Below, in pieces: positions 11,671-23,067 of a DNA stretch of 64,000 nucleotides. Source of the stretch: Podospora anserina (taxonomy: Eukaryota); assembly GCA_017654855.1 (NCBI GenBank), contig CM030337.1, forward strand, positions 3,100,001 to 3,164,000, written 5' to 3'. The notes below the pieces were generated by a model. It was not told where the DNA came from. It worked only from the letters and a program-made list of their open reading frames with translations, and did no database searches. The position numbers were made by a program, and so were the translations under genes. The first letter of the stretch is position 1. The number at the start of each line of letters is the position of its first letter.

Positions 11671-13466
11671 TCAGTTCGGTGCCCATCTTTTGACCACAGG
11701 CTTCAACCCATCATCGAAACCTCCTTCAAAAACAGCACGATAGCCACCATCCAGATTCACCGCATCATACCCGTCCTGCTTCAATATCCTGTAGCCCAGA
11801 TAGCCCCGGTATCCAACCTGGCAATAACTGATGATGGGCTTGTCCTTGGGCACCTCGTCCAACCTCTTCCTCAAATCACCCAAGGGAATGTTGACAGCCC
11901 CATCAATATGCCCACTCGCAAACTCCTTGGGCGACCGGACATCCAACAAAAAGTAATCCTCCAAGCTCTTCCTCCTCCCCTTTGACGTCTCAAAAGCAAA
12001 GTCGGCAGCGTGGACAATCTCCACATCCCCCCTCAGCACATTTCCAGCCACGAACCCAGCCATATTCACCGCGTCCTTTGCGCTCCCAAAAGGAGGCGCA
12101 TACGCCAGCTCGAGATGCTCCAGATCTTCCACCGTCATCCCCGCCGTCAGCGCCACGGCCAAAACATCAGTCTGCTTGTCCACGCCTGCGTTCTCCGGCC
12201 CGGTGACCTGGCCCCCAAGCAGCTTTCCGTTTTTGAGATCAAAGTGGATCTTGACCGTAAGCCGGCACGAGCCGGGATAGTAACCGGCGTGGTTGACCGG
12301 GTGGACGGTGACCCAGTCGTGGTTGCTACCACTAATCTCGTCAAGCTGGTGGGCGCTTAGCCCTGTCATGCCGACTGCTTTTCCAAAGACCTTGCAGACC
12401 CATGTGCCGATGTTGCCCCGGTATTTCGTCTCCTTCCCGCAGATGTGATCGGCTGCTAGACGACCCTGTCGGTTTGCCGGTCCGGCGAGGGCGAGCATTT
12501 TGTTCTTGTCTGGGTGGTCGAGGCCGAGGAGGAGGAGGTTGGGGGTTTCGACCATGTCGCCTACCGCGTAGATGTTTGGGTCCGAGGTCTGCATGTGCTC
12601 GTTTACTGTGAGGCCTGTTTTGCCGGTTTTGAGACCGGCGGCTTGGGGGATGGAGAGGCGGGCGCGGACGCCGGCTGCCATGATGACGAGCTCGGCGGGG
12701 ATTTGTTGGCCAGAGGGGGCGAGCTCGACCTCTTGGGGGAGGATTTTGGTGACTGTGGCGTTGGTGATCAGGTTTACGCCGTGGGCGTTGAGTTCTTTTT
12801 CTAGGGGGTAGACCATGTCTGCGTCTGCGGGGGGGAAGATGTGGGATAGGCGTTCGATGACGGTCACTTCTAGGCCTAGGAGACGGAGGTTTTCGGCGGC
12901 TTCGAGGCCGATGAAGGCGCCACCTATTACGGCGACGGTTTTCACGCTGTGGGTTTTGATGTGTTCTTTGATGGAGTCTAGATCGCCCAAGGTGGTGAGG
13001 TGGAATACCTGGTTTCCATCCCCGCCTTCGATGCCTTTTGGTGTGATCGGCTCTGCTCCGAGGGCTAGGACGAGTTTATCATAGGGCATAATGTCCTTCT
13101 GTCCACTGATTCGATCATTAACAAGGACTGTTTTGTTTTGTCGGTCGATGGAGACAAGTTCGGTGTTGATTTTGACGTCGACGTTGAACCACGAGGTGAT
13201 TTTCTCAGGAGTTTGAACGTGGAGTGCGTCGTCTGTGGGGATGACGCCGGAGAGGGCGTAGGGGATGCCGCAGTTGGCGTAGGAGATGTAAGGCCCGCGT
13301 TCGAGGACGGTGATGGGGGTGTGTTCGGAGAGGCCTGGTGATTGTTAGCCGCTTTGTGGTGGAATGTTGGTATGGATGGAAATTACTTACGGCGGAGGCG
13401 CGTTGCGCAGGACATGCCGCCTGCTACGCCGCCGGCGATGATGATTCTTTTCGGGGTGGTAGACAT
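11671..13466 (-). CDS. CoA-disulfide reductase / NADH-dependent persulfide reductase with C-terminal rhodanese domain (CoADR-RHD-like)
   Basis: ATG 13466 MSTTPKRIIIAGGVAGGMSCATRLRR; intron 13390-13335; SYANCGIPY (redox Cys); VIGGAFIGLE (NADH binding); TSDPNIYAVGD; LELAYAPPFGSAKDAVN; rhodanese LLDVRSPKEFASGHIDGAVNIPL and YCQVGYRG. Confidence 0.93.
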
Positions 13467-14756
13467 CGTGGCTGTTGGTATGGAGTCTGGCGAGTGAAGC
13501 TGGGGTTCGGAGCAGCTTGTGGCTGGATGGTCGGCCTGGAATCGCGATGAAATCTCAGGTTGGGTGTCGGTTTCAATCCAGTGTGCTTTGACACATGTCG
13601 TTCGACTTTTCTGTGGTGATGTCGTCACTGTATCGTGGAGTCTGCATGTGCGGTGTGAAGGTCAGAGCACGCACCGCCCAGAAAGTGGTGTCATCCCATC
13701 TTTCAGACTGCTGGGTAACTGAGCGTGGAAAGATGAGGCGAGGGCAGCTGGTTGAAATCACCGTTTTTCAAGTGACCACCGGAATTCCGAATTGTCTGTC
13801 GGACATCATGAAGAGGTGAATAAGAATGTGGAGATGATGATGATGGGCGCAGGAAGATTCAACGGCTGAAGGTGGAAAAGAAAACGATGAGGAACACGGG
13901 GAAAGAAATCGAAAAAGGCCAAAAAGTCAAGCCCAACAGAATGCCCGTCCTCGCTTCGAACGAGGCACCTCCAACGCCCACTATCCTTCCGCCGCGGATG
14001 AAGTGCCAGAAGGGTCCATGGGAAACAGTGCAGTGTGCTACACAATTACACCATGAGCAGTTCTGCCTGTAGAATGGAAGGTACTCAAAACCGCTACAAG
14101 TATTGACAGCAGAGCACGCTGCAGGCCCTTTTGTCTCCAGCAGAGAATGTGGAGGTTCGAGTAATTTGACACTGAGCAGTTTCCCAAACATATCCATGTG
14201 GTCTCTACTTGTTTCAAGTGAATCATTGACTTGGAAGTCGACCTTATGTCCGATGTTGTCCACATGCCTCCGTTACGATATGATGGCAATAGCAAAACTC
14301 CTGAAGGGTTCTATAAGCTCTTTACACACCCTGAGTTCAATTTGCTCGAGAACGGCCCCGAGTCACTGCTTGTTTTCTGCCAAGTTTTGGTCATTGCAGG
14401 ACTAACGCATGATTGTTGCGAGTTTTGAATGTACAGGCCACCACCAACCTCGCTTCTCTGTTCCAATCACTTCAACGCGAAATTGGACTTGGCTCAATAA
14501 TCTTTGGGACTATGCAACGCTCAATGTGTAAGCTGCAGTACACACCATACCTGAGTAATCTAGTCTCGTCCTGGCCAGCTAGGCCGCCGAGTTTCACTTT
14601 TGTACCTTGCCAAGATGTGGAGGTCAGTTGCTTTGATCTGACTCTGAGGACATGGCAATTTGTATATGAGTAAGGCTTGGACACCCTCTGCAGTTTTACA
14701 ATGAGGTTCCAGAAGAGTTGAAGACTTTGCCTACCAAGTCAACCTACGATCAAAAG

Positions 14757-15564
14757 ATGGACTGCATCGGATTTGTGATGTACCAAAACACCTCTCCAGT
14801 CGACAATCCGCCGCCTTATCAGGCATGGCCAACCTACAACAGTCAACCCGACATGATTCCTATGCAACCAATACAAAATCACGGCACGAATCTAAGCCCA
14901 ATGGGTACATTTCCCACAGCTCCCCCGAATAGTTACATGCCAACTCACATTCCACAGTCCAGCGCGGCCAAAACCCCCATTGTTGCGCCACCACCGATGC
15001 CACAATCATCAAAGCAACCATACTTCCACAACTCCCACAACTACCCCGGCCCCATCACTCGAAATAACATGCTCTACAAGGATCGCAGCTCCTGGATAAT
15101 GGTATATCTGAAACGGGTAAACTGCCCCTACTGCCATGTGGTGGCCCCCGTGAAAAGAGTCATCAAATATGATTGGAGGTGTGTCTGCATTCTCCCTGAC
15201 AAGCGCCATCTACACATACTAACATCAAACGTGCCCGCTGGCTCAGTCCCAAGATGTGGGGAAGCTGGATCCTCGGCTGCCTCTTAACATTGTGCTGCAT
15301 GATCTTCTGTCGACCGACAAAAACGACATCAAGGACTTCCACTGTGAGCAGTGCGGGACCAAGGTAGCGACGTTGCTTGTGGGGAGTAAGAAGGTCAGAG
15401 TGTATGAACCAGACGGAAGGGAGTGGGAGTATCAGATTCCAAAGAATGACGACATGAAGACAAGCAAGCAACAACAGGAAAAAGAATGGGCAGCAACACA
15501 GATACTTCTGGCAACTCACATGGCCAATGTACAAGGCCAGCGATTGGGAATCTGGCGGCGTTAA
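14757..15564 (+). pseudogene. LITAF-like zinc-ribbon membrane protein, apparently frameshifted
   Basis: Pro-rich N-terminus with PPPY; CPYC; intron 15179-15246; hydrophobic WILGCLLTLCCMIFC; the second knuckle DFHCEQCG is reached only through a 1-nt shift near 15315-15325. Confidence 0.55.
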
Positions 15565-16270
15565 GTCCGGCTTGATGGACTTGACGGAATAAAGCAACCT
15601 TGACGTGCTGGAGCCTTTTCAAATATTGACGTGTACGTGATGAAGGCTCCTAAATCGAGGCAGCACGGAGTTGCGCTGTTGACGCGAAGCATAAGGCGGA
15701 CCACACTAATGTAACCCTCTGACAACTGGTTCACATTGCCTGATACACCAATGCTTTCCCCGCATGCTTGAGGGGTATCGTCCCAGCTACCTCGGGGTAT
15801 TTCGCTTGCGTGTGCTGCTGAACTAGGGGTTTGCCGCTCGCGCGCGCATCGAACTGTGGCGAGTTTGAGCTTTCGAATGGTTTCGAAACGGAGAGAGAGG
15901 ATGGAGGCTGGGATGGAGTACACCCAAGGGAGAAAAAGTAGATGGTGAACTGAACAGTAAATACAAGTTCCCGATTGTGTGGGGAGCGATAAACTAAGGG
16001 AGGGCTGCAGATATATGAATGATTCTTCTCCTAAAATTAGCGGCGAATCCTTCACCAAGCCACTATTCGCTTTTCAACTACATCATCAGCCACATAGGTG
16101 TCGGTCTCGCATTCGGACTCTGAACATAGCCACGATGGTGAGAGGACGCTGTAAGTAAGCGCTGATTTTCCACTGAGGGCACTCAGCTATATAATACCCG
16201 ATTTCAACCATTTTTCGTTCCAGGTGAAACACTTGGCTTATAATTGAAGCCCACACCAAATCTCACGACA

Positions 16271-17111
16271 ATGGATTCCAATGTCCCTGTCCCCGTTGAC
16301 CATCAATTGGCGCCACCACAATACAACGAACTCATTAGCAACCCCCTCGAAAAAATAACTCTGGACGTTGGTGGCCATAAATTTACTGCAACAATCAATA
16401 GTCTCACCACCAAGAGTTTTCTTTTCAAGCTGCTTCTGCAAGGTGATTGGAAGTCTTCTTTGCAGGAAGATCAAAGCATCTTCATCGACTCGGATCCAGA
16501 AGCATTCCGGCACATTCTCCAGTACCTGCGGCGCGGTGTGTTCCCATTGATCTATGACCAGAAAAAGGGGCACAACTACAAGCTCTACGCTGATATCCTA
16601 GCCGAGGCAAAACATTTCGGCATCCCCAAGTTAGAATGCTGGCTCAACGATCAGCTGTACTTGCGCTGCATCACCAGCTCAACAGTGTGGAGTTCCGCAT
16701 ACAAGAATGATAGGATTCCAACTGGGTTTCAAACGACATCAATTTGGGGTAGCGATGTCACCTCCACACAGCTCGTGCAACAGGACGTCAACACCGTCAA
16801 GACACCTATCTGTCCTCATCTTGCTGAGGATCGAAGCCCGTGCCCGAAGCGGTCTTGCTACCTTTCCTTGGGAACAATGCAGGATAATGTCGAGAAATAT
16901 CGTTGGGCCGAAGTCGGTAGGTCGATCAGGTTCATTCAAGGATGGTGTAGTGACTCAGGGTAAGTTGTTAATCTATAGCCAGACCTCATTTCAAGGGCTT
17001 GACCGCTAACGCTATATCAGCAAGGAGTTTATGGAACACTGGGGGCGAGTTTCTCGGGTAGCACCTCCCCCAAAGCCGGAGTCTCAGCGTACAGTCCAGA
17101 CTAAGCAGTGA
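16271..17111 (+). CDS. BTB/POZ (KCTD/T1-like) domain protein
   Basis: ITLDVGGHKFTATINSL...FIDSDPEAFRHILQYLRRG...EAKHFGIPKL; intron 16960-17020; stop TGA 17109-17111. Confidence 0.88.
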
Positions 17112-17631
17112 TGCGAGTAGCAACAACAGACGTAGCATTTTGTTCGATGACAAGGGAAATTGTGCCGGCAGTGACTGTGTTCACAGGGTTGGTACATTGG
17201 AAGGGTCTTTACATTTGAACTGGCAACTGCTGTATTTTGTTAAGCAAGCCCGGTATTGATAACCTGAGAGTCTTTCGTTAGTTTATTTTCTTTAAATGTT
17301 GGATATCTATGACTTATAAAACCAAAGCAAGGCCCGTTGTGGGGGCTGTTTGAAGAAGGCATCATTTTCCCCATTACATCATAGCCCTCTTGCTCAAAGA
17401 GCCCTACAGAGATAAGATAAACTGCCATTTAGCCTTTCTGCATCCGTGGGTTGCGTGTTGGTTGGTTGGTTGTGAAGCGGGGGAAAGAGATTCCGCTTGG
17501 TCGACGTCTCATTGGCTCAGGTGGCCCACCTCCAGGCAGTCGCCCCTATAAAAGGGACATCTGCTTTTCCCAGCAACAAGAGATAACGGTCAACCATTTT
17601 AATCTTGACATCCCCACCAATTTTGTTCATC

Positions 17632-19707
17632 ATGTTCGAACGTCTCCCTGAGGAGCTTCTTAGGAAAGTTGCTAGAGGGTTTCGTATTCAAGATTTCAGG
17701 AATCTCTCTCTCGTCTCCAAGACCTTCCACGCCATATGGACACCCAGGTTCTGGAGAACACTGTGTGTCGACACTGCTGGCTCAACAGGCCGACCGTCTT
17801 CTGTCAACATCAAACGGATCGAAGAGTGCGCCCATGCGCTTCAGAATGCTTCTTCTTCCATACAGAATGTCTCCGCCGTTGTGTTTCGACGGGACACTCG
17901 ATGGAAGCTGTGGGACTATGAGAAGGAGGAAGACTGGCCCAACGTCGCCTGCCTGCACCGGCAACCGCCCCCAGAGGATCTTAACTACTGGAGAGGCTTG
18001 CAACGAGCAGCGCCAGTCGCCGGATGGTCATTCGATCAGTGGTTCTACAGGAATCAGAAATGCATCGAGGCAAGTATAGAACGAATGGGTGAGCAGCTGG
18101 ATTCCGACCCCATGGACGATATTGCCCTCGCTATACAATCTGTCATTGGACGCATACCCGCTGGCCAACTTCAATCCTTCACCTGGGACTTGGCAACATG
18201 CATTCCTCAGGCTGCTTTTGATAGTCTCTTCCAAGCGCAACCGCAACTCGAGTCTATCACATTGACGGCTGATGCCTGTTGCAAGGTTGCCGGTGAAAGC
18301 TTGCACCTTCCCTTCCGCCAACTCAAACGGGTCATCTTGAACTCATTACCACGATCTCATGTTGTACCAGTGCGAAGAATGCTGGGAACAAATAGAGGGC
18401 ACCTGCGTGACCTTCAAATCGAGGAGTTGGTGCATGGGTGCTCTTTAGAAGAGCTCTTATATGGCGGAGAAGACTGCGAAGATCCAAGAGATAGGGAGTC
18501 GACAGACGAACGCAACGGCGAACTGGTAGCGGATCCAACGGTGTCTTTCCCGTCACTAGTGACGCTGTCGTTGCGGAATATCGACTTGACCGAGAGTATG
18601 GACCGGGCATTCAACATCAGTGGCCTCACATCACTTACACTACGCCAATGCTCAAGGTCGAGCGAATTCTTTAAAGGAATCATGGCAAGGAACAGCCCGC
18701 TTCAGCTCAAGGCTTTAGAGTTCCTGGCTGACTATGCGGACCGTGACGAGGATGAAGTCACGAACACACTCAACCACTTCCTCCTTTCATTCAAGGGCCT
18801 CGAAAAGCTTTACATCGGGTTGATAAAAACCATCTACTATCCGGACAGCCGGGATAATTTTCATCCCCTATGGTCTACCGTTGGTTATCATGGCTCTACG
18901 TTAAAGAATCTGGTGATTCACCCGCGAGGCCCAATCACGAGGACAGATCGGGCTTGCACGATGGGGGGCATCCAGAGAAATGTTGATTGGATTCATGATG
19001 TCGTTGGAAAGCTCGAGATTCCACAAGTGACCATTAGCAACTGGATGAAGGATCCCGCCACTCATCCCCTGTCGCCGCTGTCAAAGCTCGAATGCCTCGG
19101 CGTATCTTCGGACCCGTTTGCGAAAGCTACAACGCAGGATGGGGGATCCGAGCAATTTCTTGTATGCATCCTCAATGCCATCGCAGGACCGCACCTCCTA
19201 AGCATCGCTAACTGGTCGTCGACCGTGCAGATAACCCTCCTCAGGCCTTTCACCTCATCATCCCGCCGCCTCAAGCTCTTACATCTCCGGAAGACAGGTT
19301 CCAATAGAGAGGATCCATTTGGTTCGAAGGTTTTCATGTCGAGTGTCAGCCGACGGGTCAGCGGAGACAAGACCATTCCTGTCCCCCCTTCAAGAATGAT
19401 GGCATACCTTGACCCCGACTTTGCTCGGTTTCTCAATTGGGTCTTCGGGCGAGAGGGAATCCCCTCCCTCGAGGCCGTCGCGTTTGGGGATTTTGCCAAC
19501 GGCCACATGAGCGGTAAATACCTTCATAACATGTTTGCATGCCGCAGCAGTGATGTACGTCAGGGATATCGATTGTTTGACTGTCGCTACAAGGTCCGTG
19601 AGCACGAATGGCGGGTCGTGGCGGATAAGTACGCTGACTTTTTGGAATCGTGCCCCGTCGGGCCGCGGGTGGAGAGTTGGGGGCATGGGTCGAGGTATCA
19701 TTTCTAA
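17632..19707 (+). CDS. F-box protein with LRR-like (RNI-like) C-terminal region
   Basis: N-terminal FERLPEELLRKVARGFRIQDFRNLSLVSKTFHAIWTPRFWRTL; repeated L..L.L segments (QLESITL, SLVTLSL, GLTSLTL, GLEKLYI); probable in-frame intron 19162-19230. Confidence 0.8.
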   Translation: MFERLPEELLRKVARGFRIQDFRNLSLVSKTFHAIWTPRFWRTLCVDTAGSTGRPSSVNIKRIEECAHALQNASSSIQNVSAVVFRRDTRWKLWDYEKEEDWPNVACLHRQPPPEDLNYWRGLQRAAPVAGWSFDQWFYRNQKCIEASIERMGEQLDSDPMDDIALAIQSVIGRIPAGQLQSFTWDLATCIPQAAFDSLFQAQPQLESITLTADACCKVAGESLHLPFRQLKRVILNSLPRSHVVPVRRMLGTNRGHLRDLQIEELVHGCSLEELLYGGEDCEDPRDRESTDERNGELVADPTVSFPSLVTLSLRNIDLTESMDRAFNISGLTSLTLRQCSRSSEFFKGIMARNSPLQLKALEFLADYADRDEDEVTNTLNHFLLSFKGLEKLYIGLIKTIYYPDSRDNFHPLWSTVGYHGSTLKNLVIHPRGPITRTDRACTMGGIQRNVDWIHDVVGKLEIPQVTISNWMKDPATHPLSPLSKLECLGVSSDPFAKATTQDGGSEQFLVCILNAIAGPHLLSIANWSSTVQITLLRPFTSSSRRLKLLHLRKTGSNREDPFGSKVFMSSVSRRVSGDKTIPVPPSRMMAYLDPDFARFLNWVFGREGIPSLEAVAFGDFANGHMSGKYLHNMFACRSSDVRQGYRLFDCRYKVREHEWRVVADKYADFLESCPVGPRVESWGHGSRYHF

Positions 19708-20884
19708 TCGAGATCGCTTCTGTTTTGAGGAGGCAAGGAATTCGGGCTCTGGTAGATGTAAGTAGAATCTTTATCAACAGGTACGATCATCCTTCCCAAA
19801 TGGTGATATGGAACTGTAAAGACAGCTGCTCTTGAAGTGAACGACTAGACAAAAGAAGGTATCTATCAGATTCAGCATGGCGATTTGGTAATAGGTAGGT
19901 AAGTGGTAATGAATATGGGAGTATGAAAGAGTGGAGGAGAAAAGAAAAAAGAAGAAAAAATCAAGCCCAGACAGAGCTACCCAACCCTGTCTCGAACGGG
20001 GTAGCTCTCGACTGCCCAGTAGCCTTAACCCGTGGATGAAGTGCGAAAAGGGTCCCTGGGACACAGTCGAGCACCTTAACTAACTAGGCCATGGGCAATT
20101 TTATTGAAAAGAAGGTCTCCAATGCAGTGTATAAACCCCACCATGGCCCCTTTCTCTGTTATTGGGTCGCAAGAGGCCGTCTGCTCCCTCCTTCCCGGCG
20201 GTGATATAACATTGCCGGGCCCGGAGAGCACGCATTCGATGTGGGCAATTCAGACTTTTTCTTCCTTTTCCTCATGCGACTTGCTCCTGGACACGCGCCC
20301 CATAGACACCCACAAAGAAGCCATCCGAAGTAATTAGTTCTTCTCCGCCATTCTACAGCACCAATCTAGCCGGTTTTGGGGAGGATAGTACAGGACGGTA
20401 TTATGACCTATAAGTTTTGACCGCCCCTGTGCATCGTCACCTCAACTACTGTTGCCCGGGAGCTACATACGCGAAAGCTCCTGGGTAGTTGAGCCCTGAG
20501 ATTCAGTACCACCATGCGAAGTCCTGTTCAAGTGGTGGAATCTCATGACAGGTTCAAGTCTCCGCCAATACCGAGGAGGCTTCTTATTATATCTGGACCT
20601 CCCTCCTCTCCTTCCAATCTTAACCTTCCCCGTACTCTCTGACCTCAGTCAACCAACTACCCCCATCCTTGACATTATAACAGTTCGTTTTGAAAGTATG
20701 CTAACATCTCGCAATCACAACACCGCTAATACTCGTTATTTACAGGCTCATCTCTTCGGGGAGCAACCGTGCTACTGAACGAAACCAAACGGCCCCTTCA
20801 CTCCCGTATTCCAATTCGGGTGCATGTGGAATTGGGAATTGAGGATACAGAAAAGCGTGCTGGTAAGCGGTTTCGGGGCGAAAA

Positions 20885-21670
20885 TTGGGATTGGGCCGCG
20901 ACCGGATTTGGATAACACCGCGCTTTGAAGCGCCCGACGAGAGCGCAGAAACGGATTACGACGAGCCCGGCGGTCATAGCACCGCCAGCAACCCCCTCCA
21001 GCAGCGCCCACAGGTGTTGTACTCTGCGGTTGTTGGGACGATTAAAGTTCAACCGCGGACCGAAGCCCTGCAATTGCTGCGACGATCAGCCAACTGCCTG
21101 ACGTCGAAGAAGATGCTGTTCGTCTGGTGTATTGCGTTGATGATCCTCCGGCTACGCCTCACCCCAAGAGTTGGAAGGGCAGAGGTGTTTGTGTTATCCG
21201 ACAGCCAACAGGCACTCTCGATGTTGGATAGATGTCCGTTCAGGGCACCAGGGTTTACGCTGACGACGATGCCGTTATACATTCATTTGGCTGAACTCAC
21301 CAGTAAGCTTCAGGAGTTGGGTGGCCTCCTGACAATTCGTGGGTCCTTGGGCACAATCACAACTTTACTGTGCATCAGCTGGCAGAGGAAGTAGTCCATA
21401 TGGCATTTTCTTGATAGTATGTGGGAGTTACCAACACATCGGCATCGAGAAGGAAATTCCCCTATATAACCCATTATGCTGGGCAGATCTCTTGGCGCAC
21501 TTCAACAGTTTCGGGACAAGCATCCGACAGTGGATGTCAACATCAGCACCTCAGCATACAGACAAGCCCATAACAAGTGTTTGAGGCTGAAGAAGTTTCC
21601 TCGTCCCTGGGATTGGGCTCTGCATCACCAAATTATGGAGCTGAAGGAGGATTTGTTTCACATTATTTGA
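20885..21670 (+). pseudogene. RNase H-fold family paralog 1, frameshifted and internally deleted
   Basis: Across frames it reads EALQ/AATISQLPDVEEDAVRLVYCVD//ILRLRL...EVFVLSDSQQAL...PLYIHLAELTSKLQELG..TI/WVLGHNHNFTVH, colinear with the ORFs at 29323 and 35093. Shifts near 21074 and 21338; deletion junction near 21142. Boundaries are approximate. Confidence 0.8.
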
Positions 21671-22051
21671 GAACCTAGCTGGGGGACTCAGATGGGCGGT
21701 TGTGCGGAAACATGTCTTGGTGTGCTCATGAATCGTTGGAAAGTGTCGCGAAGTGTTTGAATGTGTTGGAGGGTGCTGGAGGATGTTGAAGCCATGGACT
21801 GTGGTTGCAAGTGGGGAAATGGTTGACAGTGTGTCGGAGAATGACGGAGAAATGTTGAAACATTTAGGTCACTGCAAGAAGGAATAAGGATGCTCTAGGG
21901 GACTGCATGTTAAGGAGGACCAAGTGAGCTGTCTGTGTCAAAGAACCTCAACAAGGTTAGGTAGATGTATACTGAGTAAGTGGTATTCACCGGTTACTAT
22001 CTCCAGATTTTTCGTCTCTTCTTCAACTACCAGTCTCTTAAAACAACCCCT

Positions 22052-22753
22052 CTACCCACCCGGCAGACACCTTTCTTCTACTCTCCCCCTTTCACAACCA
22101 CGCGGACACTCGCCCCTCACAAACTGCCACCCAAACAACACTTTACTCTGCTCCCTCCCCACCCCACCAAGCACCACCTCCGGGTCCTTATCCCTCATTC
22201 CAACGCCACTCCCAATAACCTCTTCACTCCCGATGTCCAACTGCCCCCATCCCAGTTCAATCAACTCTTTGATCGGAACCCCGTAAACGTACTCCCTAAA
22301 CCCTGCCCATCTCACCGCGGCAGCGCACATGGGGCAGCTTTCGGCGTTGGTGTAGAGTGTCAGGTCCTTGAATGCGGCTAGGGATTCGGCAGGTGTCATG
22401 TTATACGCAGAAGAGACAAAAAGAGAGGAGCAATTATTAATGGCGGCGATTTCGCCGTGCAAAGTTGGGTTTCCTATCCGGGAGTTACCGTTAGAGCCGG
22501 TGCAGATAAGTGTTCCTTGGGGGTTGGCAGAGGTGTGGTTCACGATGACGGTACCAAAGGCGGCGAAGGGGCAGGGGTGGGAGAGGGCGAGGGTGTTGGC
22601 TTGGTGGATCCAGTATTCGCGGGTGGAAAGGGGGATGGTGTCATCGTTGTAAGGGTTTGGGAGGGTGGGTGGTGATGCTGGGATGGAGGGGGTGCATGCT
22701 GTGATTGTTGGGAGGAGGAGGGACAATGAGGCTAGTAGCGATTGGCTTTTCAT
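22052..22753 (-). CDS. Secreted cytidine/deoxycytidylate (CDA-fold) zinc deaminase, guanine-deaminase/TadA-like
   Basis: MKSQSLLASLSLLLPTITA signal peptide; PFAAFGTVIV; NPTLHGEIAAI (HxE); LYTNAESCPMC (CxxC). Confidence 0.88.
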   Translation of the reverse strand: MKSQSLLASLSLLLPTITACTPSIPASPPTLPNPYNDDTIPLSTREYWIHQANTLALSHPCPFAAFGTVIVNHTSANPQGTLICTGSNGNSRIGNPTLHGEIAAINNCSSLFVSSAYNMTPAESLAAFKDLTLYTNAESCPMCAAAVRWAGFREYVYGVPIKELIELGWGQLDIGSEEVIGSGVGMRDKDPEVVLGGVGREQSKVLFGWQFVRGECPRGCERGRVEERCLPGG

Positions 22754-23067
22754 GTTTGGTTGGGTTGTGTGTGGGAGAGAAAGAAAGGTTAAGGCTGTGA
22801 TTGTGAATTGTGTGATGTTCCTGGATAGTTGGTGGTTGGAATGCTGACATCTTTGTTTCGAATTGGCCAGGACTTTTGGGTGCCACACCGTCTGTCTCAT
22901 TCCGTCAACTACACGCACGATGAACGAGCTTTATGATCACGAAAAGAGTGTCATCTCTGTATTTTATTAAATATGTAGCCAAATTTGATACCGGAAGATT
23001 GTTAATAAGGGTATACAGACGTTGCCGCCGCTCAATTCTCCCCCTTTCTAATGTTTTGTGTTTCCAT

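Noticed and set aside
13859-14700. Protein-like minus-strand fragments with stops (LGAVLEQIELRVCKELIEPFRSFAIAIIS*RRHVDNIG...)
   Set aside because: May be a gene relic, but no family is recognisable and no gene model could be built.
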